A stretch of 64,000 nt of DNA from an uncultured delta proteobacterium (GTDB lineage: Bacteria; Myxococcota_A; Polyangia; Polyangiales; JAFGIB01): NCBI GenBank assembly GCA_963778655.1, contig CAVZVA010000010.1:1376001-1440000 (forward strand). The letters are read 5' to 3'. This document shows positions 52,098-62,200 of this stretch, piece after piece. Both the position numbers and the translations under genes were made by a program. Every line of letters starts with the position of its first letter. The stretch's first letter is position 1. The notes under the pieces were generated by a model, which worked only from the letters and a program-made list of their open reading frames with translations, was not told where the DNA came from and did no database searches.

Positions 52098-53090
52098 TTA
52101 CGGAGATGGCGCGCAGACCGACATCGAGTTGCCCGATTGCAGGCTCTGGCAGGAGTAGTTGGTCGGGCAATCGGGGGCGCTCGGGTCGCAGGTCGAAAGG
52201 CACACTCCGGAGGAGCTGCTCGAGATCGCCACGCACAGCGCCTTGTCGGAATAGAAGCCGCAGCAATCTCCGTGGTTCTGGCAGCTGTCGCCTGCGTTGG
52301 CGCAGGTGCGCGGACCGCAGTCCGAGCAGTCGGTGCCGCGCGGGCAGCTCGAGTCGACCGAGCTGTTGCCGCCGTCCTCGCACTGGCCGTCGTTGGCCAG
52401 ATCGCCGCCGGTGCCGTTGGAGAGCGTGCCGCAGGTGTCGCTGCAGCCGTAGTCAGGGTTGAGCACGCAGCTCGGATCATCGAAGAAGCAGCCGGCGATG
52501 TACACGTTGGTGTCCATGTCCTGGTAGCCGAACTCCTCGCAGGTGCGCTCGGTTTCGCCCGCGCACACCATCTGTACGCACTTGGTGTCGGTGCCGCAGG
52601 TCTGCGCGCATACCTTGTAGAGGTCGCCGCCCGGGTCGCACGCGCCCGCGCTGCAGCTGGAGCTCTCGCACAGCGCTTGCTCGTTCTGGCAGAACGCCGC
52701 GCACCAGGCGCGGCACGCCGAGTCGAAGGAGTCGCCGGGACAGGCGACTGCGCCGGCGTCCGTGCCGGCGTCCGTGCCGGCGTCGGACTTGGATCCGGCG
52801 TCGGACTTGGATCCGGCGTCGGACTTGGATCCGGCGTCGGACTTGGACCCCGCGTCGGACTTCGACCCCGCGTCGGACTTCGACCCGCCGGTACCGCCCT
52901 TGCCCGTTTCGCCGCCGTCGTTGCCGCCCTTGCAAATGCCTGCGACGCAGCGCGCCCCGCCGCTACACGCGTTCGTCTGCGTGCAGGCGCAGCCGGGCTC
53001 GCCGCGCTTGCACTTGCCGGCGTTCGAGCAGGCGGCGAGCAGGGTGCCGGCGCCCAGCAAGCAACACAACAGCGCGGCTGAATCTCTCAT
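52098..53090 (-). CDS. Cys-rich lipoprotein with GSKSDA repeats
   Basis: Lipobox LAAC; six GSKSDA units; many Cys including DGQCEDGG...GTDCSDCG; RBS AAGGAG. Confidence 0.8.
   Translation of the reverse strand: MRDSAALLCCLLGAGTLLAACSNAGKCKRGEPGCACTQTNACSGGARCVAGICKGGNDGGETGKGGTGGSKSDAGSKSDAGSKSDAGSKSDAGSKSDAGSKSDAGTDAGTDAGAVACPGDSFDSACRAWCAAFCQNEQALCESSSCSAGACDPGGDLYKVCAQTCGTDTKCVQMVCAGETERTCEEFGYQDMDTNVYIAGCFFDDPSCVLNPDYGCSDTCGTLSNGTGGDLANDGQCEDGGNSSVDSSCPRGTDCSDCGPRTCANAGDSCQNHGDCCGFYSDKALCVAISSSSSGVCLSTCDPSAPDCPTNYSCQSLQSGNSMSVCAPSP
52779..52886. repeat. in-frame 18-bp minisatellite, six copies
   Basis: GCGTCGGACTTGGATCCG and variants, encoding GSKSDA on the minus strand. Confidence 0.9.
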
Positions 53091-53104
53091 CGAGACAAGC
53101 TCCT

Positions 53105-54163
53105 TTAGAAGCGCACGCGACAGCTCGCGCCCGCGCCCGTAGGCACGCATAGCGCCGCGTGTTCCTTGTTGCTGTTCTGGCCGTTGAGGACCAATCCGTA
53201 GATCAGCGTCGCGATCGCACCCACGCCCAGGGTCGCGGTCAGCCCGATGGCGATCGTGCGCTGGGTGCTGACCGCGTTCTTGTTCGGGCAGTAGTTCGCC
53301 GGATCGTCACAGCCGCTCAGCTCGCTGGCGCGGTTGATGGTCCAGATCACGCCCACCACCGCGCCCGCGCCCAGCACGCCGCTGGCGATGAAGAACGGCG
53401 TCGGGTCGCCACCTCCGCCGCTGCGCGCTCCGGCGTCGGCGTTCGCGGTTGCGCCGGCCGGCGTGAGCTCCCCGCCCGGTCCCGAGGCTTCCATCTGCAC
53501 CGGGACGTCGACCACCTGGCCCGCGGGCACGACCACGTTGGCCACGAAGTCCCTGTGACCGGCCAGCGAGATCACCACGCGGTGGTTGCCGGGCTGCACT
53601 GGAATGCGATCAGGCCGCGGCAGCAGCCCCCAGTCGTGGCCGCTGACATTGACGGCCGCGCCTTCGGGGCCGCCCACCAGCCGGATGCCGGTGGCCTGCA
53701 GGCGCTGCTGGAGCGCTGCCATGCGCGCGGTGGCGTCGGCGTAGTACGGGTCATCGGGATCGGCTGTGCTCAGGTAGCCCTGCAGCGCGGTGGCGGCCTC
53801 CGTGAGCTGACCCAGGCGCTCCAGGGCCTGGTAGATGTTGTATTGGATGCGCGGCCGCGGGTCTTCCTTGAAGGCCGCTTGCCACTCGCTCACCGCCAGC
53901 GGGTAGTTCCCCTTTTCATAAGCGCTTTCGCCGCGTTTGAAGTGATCGCGGGCGCTTTCGGGCGGCGCCGCGGGGGCCGCGGTTGCGCCCGCTGCCGGCG
54001 TGGCGGCGGGCTGGGCTGCGGCGGGCTGGGCTGCGGCCGGCTGGGCTGCGGCCGGCTGGGCCGGCGCCGCCTGAGCCTGGGGCGCCGGGGTTTGGGCGCG
54101 CGCGTTTCGCGCGGCCAGTGGGCTCACCAGCAGCGCAAGCACAAGCCAAGTCGATGATCGCAT
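53105..54163 (-). CDS. TPR + PEGA-like domain protein with C-terminal hydrophobic helices
   Basis: Signal peptide; AAQP repeats; ARDHFKRGESAYEKG...YNIYQALERLG; PEGAAVNV...VQPGNHRV. Confidence 0.82.
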   Translation of the reverse strand: MRSSTWLVLALLVSPLAARNARAQTPAPQAQAAPAQPAAAQPAAAQPAAAQPAATPAAGATAAPAAPPESARDHFKRGESAYEKGNYPLAVSEWQAAFKEDPRPRIQYNIYQALERLGQLTEAATALQGYLSTADPDDPYYADATARMAALQQRLQATGIRLVGGPEGAAVNVSGHDWGLLPRPDRIPVQPGNHRVVISLAGHRDFVANVVVPAGQVVDVPVQMEASGPGGELTPAGATANADAGARSGGGGDPTPFFIASGVLGAGAVVGVIWTINRASELSGCDDPANYCPNKNAVSTQRTIAIGLTATLGVGAIATLIYGLVLNGQNSNKEHAALCVPTGAGASCRVRF

Positions 54164-54492
54164 CGAAGTCCTCAACTCCGGGCCAAGCCAAGCAACATTT
54201 CGCTGTGAAGGTATCACAGGCCGGCAGGCCGGGAACACGAAGCGCAAGCCGGCGCCGCCGCGCATCGTGCCGGCATGCCGCCGGCGTGTCGCCGCCGAGC
54301 CGTCCACGAGGGAACAGGCGCTAGCCGCGAGGCCAACCGCAAGGATGGAAACTTATCGCCGCATTGTCTGGGCACCGCGTCGCGATAGCGTCGTGCTTTG
54401 ATGCGGCGTAGAGGGAGCTGTGGGGCGAATCACGGACGCGCGCACCTGTGCGTGCTACTGCTACGCGACCCCCATCATCGGGATCGTGGACT

Positions 54493-56295
54493 GTGCAGAC
54501 GAGCGTCCAAGCCCCGCACTTCGCGCGCGCGCGGCTCGCGCTTGCCGCCGCGCTGTGCGTGATCGCGGGGTGCAATGGCAAGGCCGCATCGACGCTGGCA
54601 GCCGGATTCGGGTCGTCGGGTACCAAGGACGGCGGGCGGGGTGATGACGCTGGCGCCGACGGCGGCTCGGCCCGGGGCTCCGATGGGGGCCGGGATGCGG
54701 GCTCGGCGTTCGGCTTCGAGCAGCTCGCGATCGACGCTGCGGTGGGGGGCGGTGTGGACGGCGGCGTGCTCGAGGTGCCGTCGGGCTGGAGCTGCCGCAG
54801 CGCGCTCGCGCTCGACCGCGTGTGCGACTGCGGCTGCGGCGGGCCCGACGGCGCGTGCTCCACTCCGGGCTGCACCACGCCCGGTTGCGCGCTGCCGGTG
54901 TGTGAAGCCTGCTTCGACGCCGACGGCGAGCAGCGCGACTGCGGCGCGCCGGGCGCCTGGCTGTGCGAGCGCGCGCGGCGCGCCGACGGGGTTTGCGATT
55001 GCGGCTGCGGGGCGCTCGATCCGGACTGCCAGGGTGGAGGCTGCTACCAGCCCGGCTGCGACGTCGAAGGCTGCGAGCTGTGCCACGACGGTAGCGCCGT
55101 GGGCGATTGCCCCGCGCCCGCTGTGTTTCGCTGCAGCAAGGCGGTCAAGGGCGACGGCCTGTGCGATTGCGGCTGCGGTAACTACGATCCCGATTGCACC
55201 CACAGCGCCTGCGTCGACGCCGACTGCTACGCCTCCGGCTGCGACGTGTGCCATGACCGACTGGGCCGCAGCGTCGACTGCCAGCCGCCGCCCGCTCACT
55301 TCAGCTGCGACCCGGCCGTGCGCGGCGACGGAGTGTGCGACTGCGGTTGCGGCGAGGCCGATCCGGACTGCCCCAGCGGCGGCGGCTGCGCGGAGGTGGG
55401 CTGCACGCAGGAGCAATGCGAGGTGTGTCACGACGCTTTCGGACGCGTGGTGCCCTGTCCGGGGCTGTGGACCTGCGGCGCCGCCAGCTTCGGCGACGGG
55501 CGGCGCTGCGACTGCGGCTGCGGGCGCGCCGACCCCGACTGCGGCGGGGAAGGCTGCGCGGACGCCGGCTGCGACGCCGCCGCCTGCGACGTGCGCCACG
55601 ACGAAAGTGGGCGCGCGCTCGCGCCAGGCGACTGGAGCTGCGCGCCGAGCGCGTACGGCGGCGGGGACGGCTGCGATTGCGGCTGCGGCGCGCTCGATCC
55701 GGATTGCGCCGCCGGCTGCAGCGAGCCCGGCTGTCGCGCGCCCTCGTGCGACCACTGCCGGCTCGCCGACGGCAGCACCTTCAACTGTCGCTTCAGCTGC
55801 GATCTGGCGCGTTACGGCTCGGGCGACGGCTGCGACTGCGGGTGCGGCGCGCCCGATCCGGATTGCGCGGGGCTCGGCTGCTACCAGCCCGGCTGTTACG
55901 CCGACGGCTGCGGGCAATGCTTCGACTCGAGCGGCGACGCGCAGACCTGCGAGCGCGGTGCGTGCGCGGCCGGCTATCAGAACGACGGGGTGTGCGACTG
56001 CGGCTGCCGGCAGGACGACCCCGATTGCATCAGCGCCGACGCCGCCTGCGTCGAGCCCGGTTGCTCGACCGACGGCTGCGGGCGCTGCCACGACCCGAGC
56101 GGAGCCCGCGTCACCTGTCAGGACTGGACGTGCCAGCTCGAAAAGCAGGGCGGCGGCGACGGTTGCAATTGCGGCTGCGGCGCCCCCGACCCGGACTGCG
56201 CGCCGGGGCAGGGCTGCACCCAGGCGGGCTGCTTCACCAGCGGATGTGTCACCTGCCGTAGCGCCGACGGGGCGCCGATGAGCTGCGCACCATGA
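54493..56295 (+). CDS. lipoprotein with nine C(D/N)CGC...D(P/G)xC repeats
   Basis: Lipobox IAGC; nine ~55-aa Cys-rich units; ATGA overlap with the next gene. Confidence 0.82.
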   Translation: MQTSVQAPHFARARLALAAALCVIAGCNGKAASTLAAGFGSSGTKDGGRGDDAGADGGSARGSDGGRDAGSAFGFEQLAIDAAVGGGVDGGVLEVPSGWSCRSALALDRVCDCGCGGPDGACSTPGCTTPGCALPVCEACFDADGEQRDCGAPGAWLCERARRADGVCDCGCGALDPDCQGGGCYQPGCDVEGCELCHDGSAVGDCPAPAVFRCSKAVKGDGLCDCGCGNYDPDCTHSACVDADCYASGCDVCHDRLGRSVDCQPPPAHFSCDPAVRGDGVCDCGCGEADPDCPSGGGCAEVGCTQEQCEVCHDAFGRVVPCPGLWTCGAASFGDGRRCDCGCGRADPDCGGEGCADAGCDAAACDVRHDESGRALAPGDWSCAPSAYGGGDGCDCGCGALDPDCAAGCSEPGCRAPSCDHCRLADGSTFNCRFSCDLARYGSGDGCDCGCGAPDPDCAGLGCYQPGCYADGCGQCFDSSGDAQTCERGACAAGYQNDGVCDCGCRQDDPDCISADAACVEPGCSTDGCGRCHDPSGARVTCQDWTCQLEKQGGGDGCNCGCGAPDPDCAPGQGCTQAGCFTSGCVTCRSADGAPMSCAP

Positions 56296-59200
56296 CGAGC
56301 GAGCACGGCAAGCCATGGCGGTCTTCGACGCGCGCCGCGCTGTGCGCGCTGCTCGGCGCCATGGGGCTCGCGGCCTGCGCACAGCAGCGCGGCGCATCGA
56401 GCACGGTGCGCGGCGAGGCCACAACGGCCGCGCCCCGCTGTGCCGTGCCCGCGCAGGGCTGCGCGTGCGCGGGCAACCAGCCACCCGTGCCGTGCTATCC
56501 CGAGGTCGACGCGGGCGCCGGCGTGTGCCTCGAGGGCACGCGCTATTGCCACAACGGGCGCTTCGGCGCGTGCGAAAACGTGGTCGGCTACACGCCCTCG
56601 ACCGGCGCGACGCAGAGCGCGCTGGTCGACCCGCTCGCCGAGCACCCGCGCTGCAGCGACTGCGAGCCGAATTGCTACCGCGTGATCGACAACTTCGACC
56701 CGGCCGACGGCCCGCTCGACGGAGGCATCGCGGTCGGCGTGAAATACCACAGCAGCGGCGCCGGACTGACGCTGGCGCCCGACACCAACCTGCTGCCGCA
56801 GGGAGCGCCCGATGGCGGTGCGCCCGACGGCGGCCTGTATCTCGCGCTGCCCGAGGGCCTGACCGCGAGCGACGACCACACCAGTCACGCGTTTCCGGCG
56901 CAGGGCGACGCCTACTTGCTGCTCGATCAGTCGAGCGCGATGGCCGAGCCGACCCAGTGGCTGTATGACGGCTACGACACCGGCGCCTACCTCGGCGCGG
57001 GCGCGAGCTGTGCCAATGGCGACGCGTCGCTGGCCGATGCAGGCGTCTCCGGCGCGCTGCGCTGCATGGTGGCCGACCCCGAGCTCGGGCTGGGTATGTT
57101 CCGCGAGCTGCCGTTCGAGCCCTATGCCGACGATCAGGCGCTGGCCCCGGCCGAGCGCACCGCCGCGGCCTTGCGCCAGATCGCCTATGCCAATGCCAGC
57201 GACCAGAGCGCGGACCTGACGCAGACCAAGCTCGCCTTCGGCCAGCTCGGCGGCGCGCAGCCGAGCGGCGACCCGGACGTGGCGGGCTCGCAGATCCCGG
57301 CGCTGCACGCGGTCGCGAGCGGGCAAGGGATGTTCATGGGCATCAGCCGCGCCTCGCTGCCGGACGCCCAGTGCCCCGCCGGTCGCTGGGGCTATCCCTG
57401 CTTCCGCGACGGCGCGCGGCCGGTGGTGGTGATGGTCACCGGCACGCCCTCTCACAATGGTCCCGACCCCACCGACTATCCCTATGACTACAATCCGGCC
57501 GACCTCGGCATGCTGCAGGGCACGGCGCCCGGCGAGATCGCGGTGCCCGCGGCCAGCGCGGACTTCGGCAGCCCCTTCGCCTTGAGCGGCGACGCGGCAG
57601 GCACGCTGAGCGTGCTCGGCGGCACCACCACGCCGGGCGCCGCAAGCGTGCCGGTCGACGTGGTCGGTTGTCAGGCCAACCCCAACGCCAGCGACGCCGT
57701 GGTGCGCTTCGACGTCACCGCGCCGGGGCCGGCCGGCAGCACCACCCCGATCACGCTCTCGACCGAAGGCTCGAGCCTGCACACGGCGCTGGCGCTGTTC
57801 GACGGACCGGTGCTGCCGCCCGAGCAGCTGGCTGCCTCCGACGACAGCAATGAGTGGCTGGGGGCGGCGTACGCGCTCGGCGACATGACCGCGCGTAGCT
57901 TGCAGGTCTCGGGCGACACCACCAAGCCGAGCGACCCGGGCGCCGACATGGGCGCCGACTATCAGGGCTCGCTGGTCGGGGCTGCGTGCGGCGCGAATTC
58001 AATCGCGCCCGATGCGGCCTTCGCGTTCGACGTCGCATCGGCCAGCGGGCCAACCCCTTTGGAGCTCACGCTCGACATGGGCAACGCGCGCGCGGTGCTC
58101 GCGCTCTACGAGCAGGGCGCCGGAACGCCGCCGCGCTGGCCCGCGCGCACCACCACGCTGGTGGCCAGCGGCAACACCAACGCGTCGGCGGCCAGCGTGT
58201 ACACCGTCCCCAGCGGGGCCGGCAACGAATACGTCACGGTCAAGGGCGACACCTCGACGCTGGGCTCCGACTACGATCAGAGCGTGCTCGGTGCGGGCCA
58301 GTGCAATCCGGACTCCGCGAGCAAGGACGCGGCCTTCAAGCTGCACCTGGACACCACCCGCACGCTGCACATCGACACCGAGGGCTCGAGCTTCGACACC
58401 GTGCTCTCGCTGCATCGCAGCCCGCCGATGACCAAGGCCGGCGCGTCGCTGACCTGGACCGCGGCGCAGACCCACAACGACCAGAACGAAACCGCGACCT
58501 CGGCGTGGGCCGTCGGTCCGGTCAACGGGCTGAGCCAGACCTTCGAGGGCGACACCTCGATGATGCACGCGGACATGCCGGATGGCCTCGGCTGCGGCAC
58601 CGGCGACGGCTGTGCCGACGCCGTGTATGCGATCGACGTTAGCGAGCGGACCACGCTGCGCCTGCAGGTTTCGGGTCAAGGCTTCGAGCCGGGCGTGCTG
58701 GTCACGCGCGCCGACCCGGCCGGGGTCTCCGGTCGCTACCCGCCGTTCGCGCTGGGGCAGAACCACAGCTGCGCGCTCAGCGGAGGCAAGGTGTACTGCT
58801 GGGGCGCCGACGACGTGGGCCAGCTGGGCAACGGCGGCGGCGCCGGTGATCCCGACTCGGCGGCAGCAGTCGCGGCCAGCGCGCTGACCTCGGCGGTGCA
58901 GGTGGCCGCGGGCTGGAACAACAATTGCGCGGTGACAGCGCAGGGCGCCGTGTACTGCTGGGGCGCGGGCGGTGCCGGGCAGCTCGGCGACGGCGCGAGC
59001 GCCGACCGCTACGCGCCGGTGCAGGTCGCGGGCGTCGGCGGCGTTGGGATGTTGAGCGGGGTGGTGCAGGTGGCGTGCGGTACCGCGCATTGCTGCTCGC
59101 TCGCCGGCAACGGCGCGGTCGCGTGCTGGGGCGACGATGGCCACGGCCAGCTCGGCGACGGCCAGAGCGGCGGCTCGCAGCCGACGCCGGTGCAGGTCTT

Positions 59201-62200
59201 GAGCGACGACAGCTTCGAGCAGATCGCGGCCAACGCCGACTATAGCTGTGCCGTGCGCCGCGGCGATCAGGCCGCCTTCTGCTGGGGCAGCGGCGCCTAC
59301 GGCAAGCTCGGCGACGGCGACACCGCCGACGCGTCCACCCCGGTCGCGGTCAGCGGCACGACCGGCGTCAAGCAGCTCATGCTGGGGCACGACCACGCCT
59401 GCGCGATCACGCAGACCGGGCGCGTGCGCTGCTGGGGACGCGGCGCCGGTGGCCGGCTCGGGCAGGGCGGCGACAACTCCGATCACAGCACCCCGGTGTT
59501 CGTGCAGAGCCCGAGCGGCAGCAACGGCTGGCTGGGCGCGGTCGCGAGTGGCTGGGCCGCGGGCCGCGCGCACAGCTGCGTGGCCCTGCAGACCGGGCTG
59601 GTTCAATGCTGGGGTGAGGACGCGTTGCACCAGCTGGGCGACGGCGGCAGCACGACCACAGGGGTGCCGGTCAGCACGCTCGGGCTGCTCGACGCGGTGA
59701 CCGTGGTTTCGTCTTACGACCACAGCTGCGCGCTGCGCGCCGGCGGCACGCTGTGGTGCTGGGGCGACGGCGCGCACGGCAAGCTCGGAGACGGCGGCAG
59801 CGCTTCGCCGCTGCAACCGGTCGCGGCGCAGGCGGGCAGCCCACAGGTCTCGTTCGGGACCGGCGAGATCGATGCGGCGTTCACGCAGGCGTGCCGCTCG
59901 ATCGCGCAGCCGCCCCTTCCGGGCTGCACCAGGCACACCAATGGCGGCCACAGCTACTTCATCTGCAGCAGCCACCAGCGCACCTGGTCGGAGGCGGGCA
60001 CCGCCTGCGAGGCGGTCGGCTATCAGCTCGCCGACGTGGACCAGAGCGGCGAGAACGCGTTCCTGGCTGCGCAGCTCAGCGGGGATACGTGGATCGGAGC
60101 CAAGCGCGCGAGCAGCACTGACTGGATCACGCTTTCGTCCGGCTACGACTTCACGAACCTGCAGGGCCAACAGATTTGGCACACCGAGCAAGTCGGCCAC
60201 GACCAGTGCACTTTCGGCTTCCTGTGCTACTTCGTGGCCACCCGCGGCTTTTTCGTGTCGCCGGCCGCGTCCGACCTGGTTGCTAGCGAGCCCTATAGCA
60301 GCAGCAGCACCTGGGGTGCCGACGACGAGCCGAGCCCGCAAAGCGGCCGCAATTGCGTGATGCTCGGCAGCGACGGGCGCTGGGCCACCGACAACTGCGC
60401 GCTGGACGCCCAGCCGGCCGTGGTCGCGGGCGGGTTCGCGGCGCCGCCCTTTGCCGGAGGCGCGGCGCACCCGTTCGCATGCGAGGAGCGCGATCGCTTC
60501 ACCGACGTCACGCTCGACCCGGGCAGCTACTACGTCACGGTCAAGGGCATCCCCAGCCTGTCGGGCGGCGCGTGCAGCGGGCCCTACGCGCTGCAGATCT
60601 CAGACCTCGGCAGCCCCAGCGGCGGCTACCTCGGCTGCGACGACAACGGCGTGGCCGAGACCACCGCCTCCGTGATCGAGCAGACGCTCGACCCCGGCGA
60701 CTACTACCTGGTGCTCAAGGGCAAGCACGCGAGCGACGCGGGGCCCTACCAGCTCACCGTGCGCGACGTGGATGCGGTGAGCGTGAACGAGCTGGCGTGT
60801 GCCGGCGGTCAGGGCGCCGGCGACCCGGCGAGCATGACCTTCACCGCCATGCCGGGCAAGACCTACTACGCGCTGGTCAAAGGCGATGCGCCGCTCGACA
60901 AGGGTCCCTACACGCTCGCGGTGCGCGCGCTCAGCGGCACCGGGCAGAAGGTCGCCTGCGACGCCGGCAGCGGCACCGACGGAACCTCCGCGCTCGATCT
61001 GCAGCTGCCGAGCGGCACCTACTATGCGGTGGTCACCGGCTCCGGCTCGGACGACTCGGGCACGTATCGGCTCACGCTCGGCGGAGCCAACCCGGTGAGC
61101 GCGACGTTCGCGCCGCCGAGCTACGCCGACACGATCGCGGCGCTGGCCGACAAGCACGTGCGCGTCGGCAGCGTGCTTGCGTGCACGCCGGGCGAAGCCA
61201 GCTGCGACGACGCCCAGGCGCAGGCGGCGCTGCTCGCCCAGGACACGCACGGGGTGGTGCGCGCCGCGAACGGCGCCGAGGACGTGCCGCAGCAGGTGGT
61301 GAGCGCGCTGCGGGCGCTCGAGAGCTTCGATAGCGTGCACGCCGAGCTGCGCTTCAGCCCCGACTCCGATCCGGGCTTCGTCCAGCCCGAGGTGCGCGCA
61401 GTCGACGATCCGGCCAACGCGTGCCTGCCCGGCGGCGACGCCGCGAGCTTCGGCCAGTGCGCGCCCGGCTCGAGCCCGAGCTTCAGCGTGTCGCTGACCA
61501 ATCCGGCGCTCGACCCAGTGCCGCCTTCGAGCGCGGCCGACGGCGCGTACCGCTTCACGTTGCACGTCGAAGGCACGCGCGAGGGCGCGACCGAGTGGAG
61601 CGAGGACGTGCCGGTCGTCGCGGTGCCGACCGGCGCGGCCCCGCCCATGACCTACACCCAGGGCAGTTACCACCAGGACTTCGATTCGCGCGGGTGCAGC
61701 ATCGACAGCAACACGCGACCTTCGTGGGACGGGCTGCGCTTCGACGCCGACGTGAGGCCGGACACCCAGGTGGTGTTCTACGCCTGCACCGCCGACAGCC
61801 TGCCCGACCTGGCCAACTGCGGCAGCGGCGGGCTGAGCTCGGGCTACAAACGGGTGGCCACGCTCAGCGCGGGCCAGGGCGCGGGCACGCCGTGCAGCGT
61901 CGCGACCCAAGACAGCGATTGCCCCGGCGGCTACTGCTCGCCGTACACCTCCGTGTGCAACTACATCGAGGGCGCGAGCTGCATGCAGGACAGCGACTGT
62001 CCGGGCAGCCAGCCGGGCCGCTGCCGTGCAGGGCCGTCGGCCGCGACGCTCGGCACCACCTGTGCCGTGCCCGATCTGATTGCCAACCCGGGCAGCGCGC
62101 TCGGCGCTGACAACTACCGCGTGGTCATGCGCCTGCGCACCGACCTGCAGTCGTTCGGCGACGGCTCGCGTGCCCCCGCGGTGTTCTCGCTGGAAACGCA

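Noticed and set aside
54369..54385. Second sigma54 promoter
   Set aside because: GG-N10-GC is present, but the flanking consensus (TGGCAC, TTGC) is poor.
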